Notes under the pieces: generated by a model
Told to the model about the DNA's origin: nothing
Databases searched by the model: none
What the model saw: the letters and a program-made list of their open reading frames with translations, nothing else
Made by a program: the position numbers and the translations under genes
Source of the DNA: Trichoplax sp. H2
Lineage: Eukaryota
DNA length: 64,000 bases
Reading direction: 5' to 3'
Assembly: GCA_003344405.1 (NCBI GenBank)
Contig: NOWV01000013.1
Location: 558,001 to 622,000, forward strand
Part shown: piece after piece, positions 14,069-27,121 of the stretch
Position numbering within the stretch: position 1 is the first letter of the stretch
Layout of the letters: each line of letters starts with the position of its first letter

Positions 14069-17000
14069 ATGGATCAAAAATCCGAGTTAGTCAACAGTAA
14101 ATTTCGGGTTAAGAAGAATGTAATCATCGAATCAACCGAGGAAAATGATGATATTCGATCACATGCATCAAGTAACGCTGATGAACACCAGAAGACTCTT
14201 CAATTTACTGCCTTAAATAGTTCTTATTTCACTACGGATGCCTTACCTATGATGACGTATTATAAGCAAACGTTAACATCGCGTGATACACGTCGAAATC
14301 GACCAACTTTGCAAGATCTTCATGAGCCAAGAGTGGTAATAAATGAATACTTTTAATCACTATATTGTATTGATAGCAGTAAACAACTATACCCTAATGG
14401 GTATAGATAAAATGAAATCATAAATTGTTTTCACTGTCAAGACTGTAACAGAAATGGAAATCTTTTCCAAAATATTCACCGCCTTGATAGAACATATAAA
14501 GTTTTCTTTTCTATTTCTTTCTAGCAAGAAGAGTAGATGATGTAGAAAGATTATAATGATGACAGTGCGATAGACTCATATTGTCAATGATTATTATTTT
14601 AGACGGTCAAATAACTACATCACTTTAATAATTCTACGGATTAAAATAGCGATGATATGGACAATTACTGTAAAGATTAAAGTACTGTACACAAATATAC
14701 AATAGTGAAGAATAGGCTTGTGCGCATATACCTTTGGTGTTTTCGTACTGATAGAATATTCGATACACATAAAGAAGTGTAAATATGCCGCCGTTCTTGC
14801 TTGTGCTATTAAAAATTCGTCCGCTGTCTTGACTAAATAGACTATACAAAACTGTCGATTGAATCTATTCATTATTAATCAGGGTACCAATGTTGAAGAA
14901 GGAAGGGTAAGAAAGATGGAGAAATCGAAATCAGTTGATGCTGGTGGCACACAACCGGAAGGTCCCAGTAAATTTGGTTGGATTCAAGGAGTTTTGGTAT
15001 AGATTATAATTATCAGTAGTATAATATGCTAATTAGCAATTGGGCTAGACTCACTGATTTCAACACTTTAACTATTTGTAAGCAAACTTCGTTCAGCTAA
15101 GAGAAAAAAACTAGTGGATAACCTATCAGACTGTAATAACTCGACTTACAAAGTCGAAATCATATCGTACTGTAACTATCTAAATAGACAATGCCATCAA
15201 TGGCAATAGTTAAACTGGGCAGCATGATGATGGTAATATCCTATAGATTAACTTAACTGTGTCTGTCATTAATAAACAATTACAATTAACCGTTAAATTT
15301 ATAGTTAAGTAACCCTTGATATATATTCAGAACTCTGTAAATGTAGCACTACTACTGTAGAAACTATAAATTATGATCTTGAATAATATCTTAGCACTAT
15401 TTAGCTTACCTATCTTTAAACTGACTCGGGATAACAAATAGACACATAACTTTAATTAGTTAACAACTGCAGTATAACTACATTTGTTAATTGGATACTT
15501 TTAGATTCGATGTTTGTTAAACATCTGGGGAGTGATGCTCTTCTTGCGACTTTCATGGGTTGTAGGTGAAGCTGGTATCGGTATGTTAATTAATTTATGA
15601 TATATGTATTTAAATACTAAATATAGACGAGTTCGCGTATCAACTCTTACCATCAGATGCAATATTGTGACTACATATGTCTCCTCTTAATTAAAGTACA
15701 TGTCCTATATCTATTAACAATAAAACTGCAACTAGAAATAGATATGTAATGATTGTAGCACATTGTAGTATTTATCCTGCACAGTTTATTATGCAAATAT
15801 AGTACTTACGATTTCTTGCAATATAAATATAACAACATATGTTCACTTACGATAGATACGAGTACAGTAATTCTACATTAAAAAGTATGTTCAACACCCA
15901 TGTTACAGACTTATTTTTAACTTCGTTAATTATAATCATATTTAATTGCTACAGCGTAAAGTTTTCGTATGTACACTACAATTTACGCTGCATTTACAAC
16001 TCAATCATCACTTACTGACGACAACAGTAAACCTTTTCATAATAATTGCAACATATTAGCCATGATATGGAATATAGAGCGCTCTAGAAATACAATATTG
16101 ATAAACCTGTATATATATTTCATGAAGGAAATTATGCCATACTTACGTGAACTATTACTGATACGACAATAAATTAAATACTCTTGCAGGATTTGCGTGC
16201 CTCATAATTCTATTAGCAGCAACAGTAACTACTATTACTACCTTATCAATGTCTGCTATTTGTAGCAATGGAGAAGTAAAGGGAGGTAAGTTCATACAAA
16301 GTATGATCATTGGCGGTTTAAAATCAAAATGCGTACTTACACGATTGCAATGTGATCTACAGGTGGAGCATACTATTTAATCTCAAGAAGTTTAGGGCCG
16401 CAATTCGGTATTTATCAGATTTGTGTTGCAATTAATGTTTTCAATATTTAAAAATTTCTAGAGATGATATCTCGTTATTAATAGTTAACTAACTAATTAA
16501 ATAAGGTGGAGCTATAGGATTAGTATTTTCTGCTGCCAATTCAATCGGCGTTGCTCTGTATATCGTCGGTTTTGCCGAATCAGTAAAAGATTACCTCAAA
16601 GTACGAAAATAAAAAATTTTGAACAATTTGAGATTTAAATGTTGATTTCGGACTTTAAAACTCCTTAATGGGGTACACATAGCTGATATAATGTCTTTCG
16701 TTTTGATGCAACTGTAGGCAATAAATATAACTTTAGTCGACGAGATTAACGACGTTCGTATAATTGGAGTCATTGCGGCCACAATCGTATTTGCGATTGC
16801 AATGTCAGGTGTTGCATGGGAATCAAAGGTGCGTATAGATATATGTCAACGTAATAAAATACTTACATAAATATTATCATTCATCAATATTCACGAAAAA
16901 TAGCTTCTGAGTGACTTCTATTTTATACTATTAATTTGCTTATCTTATCTTGTGATATGCAATTTAGTCATGCACAAGTTAAAAATATTTATTACGCCTT

Positions 17001-20000
17001 GTCAATCTATTTTTTATTGACTTGTGCGCTACGATATTTTGAATTTACATTTAGGCCCAGGTTATTCTGTTCGTTTTGCTGATTGCTGCTATCTTAAATT
17101 GTATTGTTGGCTCTATCATGTATTCATTTATTATGCCCGCTGATAAAGTCGCTCGTGGATTCACAGGATTAAGTGGTATACTAATTTAATTATATCGTGC
17201 GGTTATACAGCTTCGCTATCTTGCTACTTCTGAGCGCTTAATATTATGTGAACAAAAATTGTACCTGATTGGGTTGCTTTAATAACGTACAGTAGATTTC
17301 TGATATTTATCATATATGCATGTACGTATACTTGTATATTGAATATTTCAGAATTATACGACGTTTTAACCAATATCTGACTTGATTAATTTTAACTATA
17401 CAGCTGCCACCTTTCTTAACAATACCGCGCCGAAATTTTCACCTACTGAGTCATTCTTTACTGTCTTTGGAGTTTTCTTCCCAGCTGCTACTGGTATTCT
17501 CGCTGGTGCAAATATTTCTGCTAATTTAAAGGTATACTAAGGAAGATCTGAATATAAGATGTTGTAATTGATCATACGTCCATTTCGAAATAACCTTAGA
17601 TCACAAATTATCATTTACACTATGTCATAAATTAATTATTTTCGATACTAGGAGCCGTCAAAGTCTATTCCGATTGGAACTTTATTAGCAATTTTGATCA
17701 GTACAATTGCTTATTTGGGATTAGCATGCTTATTTGGATCAGCTGTTGAACGATCTACGATATTTTCCTCGAGCAATAATACTTATTCATTAAACTGTAC
17801 AGCGGGGTGTAGATATGGTCTTCGATATGACAATCAGGTAGTTTCTTGACTATAAATCTAAAGTGTTTACATTTGATATGACACGATATTGAACCTTTTG
17901 ATGGAATACTACTATACAATGTAATACTATTTGAACTGGCTAATTATTTACCGTCCTTTTAATACAAGAGAATTAATGAATACAATCCTAGTCAATACCT
18001 TCAACAGGTATCGAATCTTTTTAATGAAAATAATTGTCAAAATGTTATCATCTAATAGGTCGCAAGTATGATATCTGGTTGGGAGCCTCTTACTGCTGCA
18101 GGTATTTTTCTTGACTACTCTATTTTATGTTTTGAACCTAAACTTTGATGTACACTTATATCATTGAGCGTATGTAGATAAAATCTTGTTTGTTAAACGA
18201 ATTCACACTTACGCGTTTACTTCGTACGCTATTTTATGGACTATAATCAGGTTATTCTGCTATAGGTATAATGCGAGTATTTTGATATTTTGGTCGTTTC
18301 GATCATATTGTACAAATTAGGTATTTTTGCAGCAACAATTTCGTCAGCTTTAGCTAGCATGATTGGCGCTCCGAATATTTTACAGGTATACAAGAGAACA
18401 ATTCGTTAGATACTTGTGCGCATTCAGTATAATAAATCTAGTACAATAGTAAATTAGTAAAATAAAGAAAATTTTTTGTTTCTTCAGGCAGTGGGAGCGG
18501 ATAGACTATTTCCATATTTGGAGTTTTTTAGTGTTGGTAATGGTGAAAGAAATGAACCTCGCAGAGGAATTGCATTAACTTATATTGTTGCCTTGATCTT
18601 CATCGCTATTGGTACTGGATACTACATAATATTAATTAGTATTATAAACTAGATGGAAATAATAATTTTATATTATAACATAATAATGAATATTAAGCAA
18701 ATTCTTTTGTCGATGTTTCAGCTGAGTTAAACTATATAGCACCTATCATTTCCAATTTCTTTCTGATCGCATATGCATTAATCAATTATTCATGCTTTGA
18801 TGCATCACAAGCGCGTTCTCCTGGTATGCCCTTTCGTAAATTTAATAATAATATCTTGCAAGTTTTATGTTACAGACTTACAGTATGTAGTTCATAGCAT
18901 AGCATAGCTGTCTCTGATTTTCACTTAGTTTAATGGCCTTTCTTATACATTGTATTAAAAATACTGACGCATTATATTATTATTCCCTAGGTTGGCGACC
19001 CTCTTTCAAATTTTATTCTAAGTGGTGTTCTCTTGTTGGTGCTTTAACATGTGTTGCGGTTATGTTTGTTATTAATTGGTGGGCGGCATTGATTACAATT
19101 GCAGTCGTTATTGGCCTCTACAAGTATATTGATTATTCGAAACCAGGTGAAAAATAGCAACTCTTGCATGCTAATAAACAAATGAATGATCATAAATTTA
19201 TATGATTTAATGCAGTATCTTATGTAAAATATTTTAGTTGTCAACTGGGGCTCATCTGGCCATGCTCGTCAATACATTAATGCGTTAGATGCTGCATATA
19301 AACTAAATACAACAGTCAGCCATGTCAAGAATTTTAGGTAATTAGTTATAGGACTAGAAATTGTTCTAATATGTATTGTTAACGGGAAACAATTTTGTAA
19401 CGTCGATGGATAATCTAGGCCTCAGTGTCTCGTGTTATGTGGAATTCCATCTGAAAGACTACCTCTTGTAAAATTTGCTTCGAATTTTACTAATAATTAT
19501 GGATTACTAATATGTGGAAATGTTATGCAGGTAGGTGTAGTCACCGTGTAATATATATACGCGTACTGTATATCGATGAAAGTAGATCGATTATTATGGT
19601 GGCTTTCATGGGTCGCTGATCATAATGTCTTTCTTTCGATAATTGTTACTAACACATATAACATAACCTTAGGAAAAGTCTAATACTGATATGAAAGATC
19701 AGTATAAAATTCTTCAAGAAAATAAGGTAATTTTGTTCATAAATTACTAGAGATCGTTTAGTAGTAAAATGATTATACAAAGCAAAAACTTAATAGCAAC
19801 TTATTATCTATAATATTTACTACTTGTCATAATTATAAACAAATACTGTAACGGTTATTTAAAAAATTGTACGATGCTAACGATTCCTTGATGGTTAAAC
19901 AGATTAAAGCAGTTGTAACAACCGTCACTAGCACAGACTTTATCTTGGGTGCGAGAGCATTAATGCAAGCATCAGGTTTAGGAAAATTATCGCCTAACAT

Positions 20001-21858
20001 GATTTTATTTGGATTCTTGGAAAATTGGCAGAATCGGGATGATAGAATCGAGAATTACGTTGCAATAATACAGTGTGTGACATGAATTATGAATAGTTTA
20101 TAGCCTTCATATCGTTAAAAATAGTAGTTTACGCAATGCCGCTTCTTATGTAACTGAAATATAAATGTTATATTAAACTTGTTGAACTGTTATAGTGATG
20201 CCTTCGATTTAAACTTTGGTGTAGCAATTTTTCGTGATAGATTAGAGAAAGAAAAAGGTAACTATACAGGTCACATTCTATTCGTTATAGCTTTACTTTT
20301 ATGCTTAATTACATTTATAACAGTTAACCATTAAAGTGAGATATCACTAATGGTATTGTTATCCGATAACAAAGGCGAAAACAACTTCGATAAGAATTTA
20401 CATGAGTCAGGAGAAGGTCTGTAATTCGGTTTATGCAGTATTTCATAATTGACAAGAAACATGTTACTAAAATGTAGCATAAATACCTTTCACATTGATA
20501 GGTGTACGTTTTTGCAGTAATCGAACTAAAGAAGGCAACAACTTGGGCGGTGAAGTAGTAGACTTTGGTAGAGGTCAGTAGACATTAGTAACTAGCTATT
20601 TGTTTATGAGAATGGCTTAGCTAGGATTGATTACTCTACATTGTTAAAAGTAAACGCATTTTTTCTACTATTAGGCGTACTTTCTCATAATAAACCAGGA
20701 AAGAGTGACAGTAAATTAAGCAATAACTTTAAGGAGCTACTTAAGCAACCTGTAGAAGATAAGTACGTTCAGCTGAAGGAAGTTCGAAAAATAGATAGTG
20801 TAATTGATATATGGTGGATTTACGATGATGGAGGTAATAAAATGTGTCTTTTTGCTAATGGTGATAGTGCACTAAGCAATTGTAGCTTGAATGTCGAATT
20901 TATTGAATTAATATCTGGTTTTTATTAATGGCTTCTCAATATGTAACAGGGTTAACTATTCTAATTCCTTACTTGTTGAGCTTAAGTAAGCGATGGTCGA
21001 ACTGTAAATTGAGAATATTCACACCTGGAAAACCGGAAAAACTACGTGATACTATGATTGGGTTAATAGAATTTAGGACAATATAGTATAATTTTTTGAA
21101 TACCAAAAGGACATTATTTTATAAACGATGTTATCATTGTTTAGCACACTCTAATATCGTATCCTGGATGTTGACTTGATAGGATGACTATACTACTAAA
21201 AAAATTCCGTATCGAATACGAAAATGTGATAGCAGTAGGCGATATAAATGAAGAACCATCTGAAGAGAGGTAATTTTTTTCTTACGTTAGATTTTCTAGC
21301 CAATTACATGATAACGTAAATAATACTGCTATGATAAAATGTGTCTGAATTGGCATGTTACGTTAACTTTTTAGCATGTCAAGATTTTGTCAATCATTTC
21401 CTTCACTGGGACATATTTTTGGTAACTCTGATATAGAAAATAAAGTAAGTAAGCCAAGATAAGTAGTTGAAAAATAATTAATTAAAAAATTTTAATGAAA
21501 AATTCTTTATCTTCCAATTTTATCAGACCAAAATACACATTAAATTAAGTGAGCTATTAATTCGCCACTCTATGGAAGCTAGCCTAGTCGTTATGTAAGT
21601 CTAAGAGATTACTTTGCTTTATCGAATGTACATTGCGAACTAAATAAACGTTTGCCTTTCGGGAATGTGAAGAAATATTCCAGCCGTATTGATTTTCTTT
21701 ATTTTTCAACTCTACTCAGCACGTTACCAGTACCACGGAAAAATTTCTGTCCCCCATCCGTATATATGAGTTGGCTAGAGACTATATCAGGCCCATTGCC
21801 TTGTCCAGTGTTGTTAGTTCGTGGCAATCAAACGAGCGTTTTAACGTTTAATTCTTGA
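14069..21858 (+). CDS. Cation-chloride cotransporter, NKCC/NCC branch (SLC12A1/2/3-like), paralog 2, about 28 exons; tandem duplicate of paralog 1
   Basis: Exons: 14069-14335, 14883-14996 (KFGWIQGVL), 15505-15580 ([23 protein letters not shown]), then the same motif order and intron positions as paralog 1, ending 21720-21858 ([12 protein letters not shown]). It has two extra small exons (20375-20416, 20502-20573). Confidence 0.95.
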
Positions 21859-24399
21859 AAATAATTTATGAACTAAGTTACAACTACTTGGGCAATCTCT
21901 GATGTTGTATAACAGTATATCGTATTCATTTTTTATCATGTTAGTAAATTATGATATTGACTTAATAGCGAACTTTCAATTGATTTTCATAGCGAAATTA
22001 TAAATATTTATAAGTACCTCGTTAATGATACTCTGTTTTGCATCGTAGAGATTAAATTTTCCGTTGAATCTTTTGATTTTCCCAATTTATCTCGCCAATA
22101 ACCAATGCTTTACCATTAAATTACATTGTATTCTCGAATTTTTATCTTCTACGTCTCTTTAGTTATTTTTTTTTCCGTGCTTTAGAAGATTATCATGTTA
22201 CTTATAGGTGATTGCTGGTGTATAATTATATTCGTATATATATTATACAAATGTATACGTAAAATTATGTGTATCCGTTCGCTGCACTGAAGAAATTTTC
22301 GTCTGCATTTTGATTAATTAACGCACATAATTTCCCTTCATGTAATTCATATCGATACCATTGGCTTAATGGACTAATTTAAATACCATGCAAATTTAAT
22401 TAGTCTGTTACTTTCGTTCAAGTTAACCGTATTCTCTTAGGTGACGATTTCAGTTCCCTTCGGTACGATAATATTTCAAAACAAATGTGTATGTTATAAT
22501 TTTGTTGAGCTGGTATTAGATATGAAGGGTATAATTAATTACTGAAAGTAATTTATTTAAATATATGTTACTTTTTAAAAAATTTTGAATTTGGGTAGAT
22601 GTCCCCTGAAACTGAATCGCAACATTGATCGGTAATATGATATTTGTTATTTCAATCGCCCTATATCAATGTGCGCTCTGTATAGCAGATCGTATTTTGC
22701 TAAATATACATTGCTTTGGATGCAACGTTGGCTAATTTAACTAATTATAACTATTACCAAGTAAATTACGATGTAAATTAATTACCGGAAATACGTTTTA
22801 TGGATGGCATTTTAAAGTAAATTTTAATATGTATATCTGTTAATTGTATATCAGTAAGATACAATAAGTACTATTGTACTTCTATTTGTCTTCATTTTCA
22901 TTGTAAAGGGCTATCTTGGATATATCTATTTCAATATTATTGCCAGATAAGTTTTCGTTGGTTTAATTGCGCCCTGTTTCCAAGGACTGTAACCAAGTTT
23001 ACTTTTAATGATAGACGCAAAATAAAGGTTGTACATTACCTCATTTTATCTTACTTTGAATATCTACGCTCAGAATAGTACAGTGCATAATAATTGAGGG
23101 ATATATATAAATTTAGTACTACAGTTGAGTAATACTAAAATGACATGATCAGGAAGGGGAAACAATACCCGTTGCCTGCTTACTAAGAAAGTATTCAACG
23201 TTCTTTCATGTAAGCACAATTGTCTATATTCGTGGATGCTATATTAACATCTATGCACTGCAACTGCAAAGTTCGTTGTTAAGTTTCAGCAGAGGATGTA
23301 AAAAGTATGTGAGTGCCGGTGATGTACACGTATAAATCAAGTTACTATGTGTCAGATATACGAAGTTTCCTCAGATTATATCACATCGTTGCCGTATGAA
23401 TACTTAGTGTATGGTATATATTCAATTAGATCAAATCCCTTGATCCTAACGTATTGAGTATTACAATGTTTGAAAGTACAGTGCAATAGTTGAAAGTTGT
23501 TGTTACTTCTATCTAATTTTACTCTATAATCACATTACACTAATTGAGGGATATAAAATAAATCAAATTAAGAATTCTCTCTAATGTTATATTTATTTTT
23601 AACACTTTGGATATCGTATGATCCTGCATTATTGAATGTGAACTGTCGTTAGCTTAGATTGCAATGCTGCAGCACAGCATAGATGTCTATATGTTACAGT
23701 AATTCCGTGCTGCAAATTAGCTGCCAGGTTAGTTTTGCCGAACAAGAATACCCAAACTGTCTGAGTGTCGCGTCCCGTCCGGGACTGGAACTCTTTGGGC
23801 GGACAGACATATGGCCAACTTTGGTCAACAGATTGTGCCAAACATTTCATTATGACACTACTTCAGTATGTAGACAGTCGATTCTGAATGGACTGATTAT
23901 TTTTAAATTACAGTAGGTAATATTATATTGTATTCCATTGCCTGTTCCTAAGCTATAGTAGCTTTAGATCATGATAATCCATGTTATTGGAATTAATACG
24001 AGTGATTTAGAGAAAGAAACACGGAAGATCCATATTGAGTAACTATTTTGGGACATTTTCGATCGCATTTGGTATGAAAAGTCCGTCCACCCGAGGAGAG
24101 ACTGTCCACTGTCCAGTCCAGGTGCAGGATATTTCTAGTAGTCTATAGTTTTGCATAGTATGGCATACGGTTACAGGCATAGCATATTGTAAAATGAGTG
24201 AAAAAAATGGTCGGCTTTTGCTTCTTTTGCTGCTTTCCGCCATGTCCATAATGATTATAATTCATTATCATGGTCAAGTCCTTTTCTCCTTTCCAGCTTT
24301 TGCAGTGGTCGTCGTCGTCCGTCAGTAGACCCTGTCTGTCACCAGCATCTACATTCTACAGTACAGTACATTAACTGCCATTGTTCTTGCTGCTGATTT

Positions 24400-24700
24400 A
24401 GAAAAGGGATACGCATGCGCATAGCTTATGCTAAGGGTTGCTGTCACGTGATGTCACTGCCAGTACGTCCAGTTAGACCTGACGGTTCCGAACCGAACCT
24501 CGGACAGCCATCCGACGAGACACGACACCACCGCGAGTATAGTGCGCGGTGTTTACCTGCTGTCCTATACTGTACTGTGTACATGGTTCCACGATCTCCA
24601 TACACCAAGCCATCAAGTCTGGACCAGGTGGGTTTTTGTGGACGTGAGCGTCAAACCACGGTACCCTAGTTTCGGCTAGCATTGCGCATGCGTCATTTGG
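24400..24700. promoter_or_regulatory. GC-enriched COX5A promoter with two oppositely oriented NRF1-like sites and an E-box; probably bidirectional
   Basis: ACGCATGCGCA at about 24411-24421, GTCACGTGAT at about 24443-24452 and TGCGCATGCGT at about 24683-24693, about 70 nt before the COX5A ATG. Motif identities come from known NRF1 and bHLH consensus sequences. Confidence 0.55.
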
Positions 24701-24759
24701 CTTGAAAGTTTCTCCACGCCAGTTGTCAGCCATATTGCTTTTTTGAGCTCGTCTTCATC

Positions 24760-27121
24760 ATGTTTCGTCTTGCTCTTTCTCGGTTATCTAGTGCTAGCGG
24801 TCGTGCAGTTAGATCAACTTTGCCTACTGGTAACAAGCCGCAAGTCTATGGTAAATGATGACAATGTCTTGATTGCACTAGTCTAATTAAATGAATGTCC
24901 AAATGATGGATTGATTCCTTGCTTGGCGGTATAAAAAAAACGCCAACTGCTGTATTGACATCAGTCGCCGTCTCCACCGCTAGTCTAGTCTATGCAATCG
25001 TTTATGAAAATCTTTCGAAATTCAAAGAGCTTATAGGGTTTATGACGCTGTAATAGGTCTTTTTTCATCCTTCTCCTTCTAAATAGGAAATTGATTAGTA
25101 GCGTAGAGTAATGATGCATTTGTACTGTAGAGAGAGAGTGTATGGCGTTGTTTAGTTGAACTTGTTTGCTCGACTTTTCATACTAGCGTAAAAAGTGTAG
25201 ACCGTCATTGCTACTTAAAGAAAGCAATCCTTTCACCTTGTGAAATACAACATCACTACTGTCCATTTGAAGCCTAGCTATAGATTACCCTGATTCTCAG
25301 ATTTTACTCACTAAACGTGAAGGAAGGATGTTTTCTTGGTAGCGGAGTAGTGATTGACTGGCATATTGATGCAGTTACCGCAGATTAATAATTCATGTCG
25401 AAATGGCGGCATCGAATTGCTATCGTCTTGAGGAGATGGCTCCTAAAGCAAAAATGATACTCGTGTAACATTCTTGTTGTTGGAATGGTGCCATAAGCGT
25501 TGGGTATTTCCATCCAAACGACCACTTACGTTACCAACGTGACCATTCTATGCGTCTAATAAGAGTATTTTTATCTCCGAAATGGCACCAGTTCTGAATG
25601 TATCGTAAAGTCATATAATCTTTCTGTTTATGTTCAAAATTATAAAACATTGATATGTTGTTTGTATAAACTTACTGTACTGGTTTCAATGACTTGGCTA
25701 GCGCAATCGTTAAATTAATTTTTTCAGCGAGGAGAACGATGACTTCAATCGATGGATTACGTTAACCCGCAGGCGGTGTACCAAGGCGTATTAAACAGTG
25801 TTACAGTAGACTGTTGCTTACTTTACAGCATGATCTTGTTTTGTCTGCTATACCTGCTGCTTAATTGGAGACTATGAACGATTTCAAAAACTCTTAACCT
25901 ACTTTAGATTCTATCAGATAGGAAGATGATGCTACAAATGACAATAATTCCATTTAGGTCTTGGCCGTTGTAGACCTGAGGTACTGCAGTCTACTGTACT
26001 GTATATTGCAGAAATGCCAACGGCATTAGGTGAAACAAAGTCTGATTGCACTTTTTGTCGACGCCTACTACTCCTGCTACTACGAATGCGTTAAACTGGA
26101 TATCCGCGCCGCAATCCTTAACGGCGGTTCCCTATGACAGCATTGAAAATCCACTTGTGCTTGTATTTCAGGCAGTCTTTTGCAATTGATAAAGTTATTG
26201 TAACCAAATAGGACTTTATTTGAAAGCTGCCTTAAAAAAATCACCGCTCAACCTGATCTTTGGTATTCTATATATTCAGCAACAATCAGTACCTAATAAT
26301 ACAGTCTATTTTACATGACCCCAACGCGCAACTAATTTTTACAATCATTGTACACTATACTTTATTAATTCGAGACTCTGCCGTGACGGTGTTGTAGATT
26401 CATCTGTAGGTTCTTTTTAGCCTTATTTGAAATATTATTAATTGCATAATATCCTGACTTTACCTGCAAATTAATCATGACATGCTTTGACATATCATCT
26501 GCAGTCTGACGTATTGTCTTTAAAATCTGTCATTTCTTCCTATATGAATCAACCCAACTAGTGTATATTACAAACTAATAGCCCACACCACCATGTAAAA
26601 TTTCATTCTTCGCTAATCCATTTCATTTTTGTAATCTATCCAAATAGCTGCCGTTGCAAGTCAAAACTTACTACAACGACGTCTAATTGGTGCTGAAGTG
26701 GATTCTGAACCCGATGAGGTTTTCGATGCTCGTTGGGAAGCATTCTTTAAGAATGAAAACTTAGATAGAAATACTTACCGCAGAGGTTTAGATGAACTCT
26801 TTGGTTACGATTTGGTTCCAGAGCCCAAAATTTTAAATGCTGCATTTAGGTATTGTAGACGTATTTTCTTGGACAAATAATTTATAATTGAACTGCTTAT
26901 AGAAACTACTTCTTTCCATATAGACTAATTTCCTATGCTATTTATTTAGAGCTGCTCGACGTTTAAATGACGTTGCTATACCAGTTCGTATCCTGGAGGT
27001 AGTTAAAGACAAAGCTGGTACCAACAAGGAAATCTACCCATATATATTAGACCAGACAAGTGAAGTCAGAGCTGAATTAGGCATTAGTACACCAGAAGAG
27101 CTAGGAATTGATACTGCTTAA
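24760..27121 (+). CDS. COX5A: Cytochrome c oxidase subunit 5A, mitochondrial precursor (3 exons)
   Basis: Exon 1 24760-24850 encodes an Arg/Ser-rich targeting peptide ([19 protein letters not shown]). Exon 2 26648-26849 reads [11 protein letters not shown]...[17 protein letters not shown]. Exon 3 26950-27121 reads [22 protein letters not shown]...[17 protein letters not shown] follows the stop. Confidence 0.95.

Noticed and set aside
25925-25980. C/D-box snoRNA-like signals (ATGATGC...CTGA) in COX5A intron 1
   Set aside because: The C box is imperfect, the span is only about 55 nt, there is no terminal stem, and I recognised no rRNA or snRNA guide.
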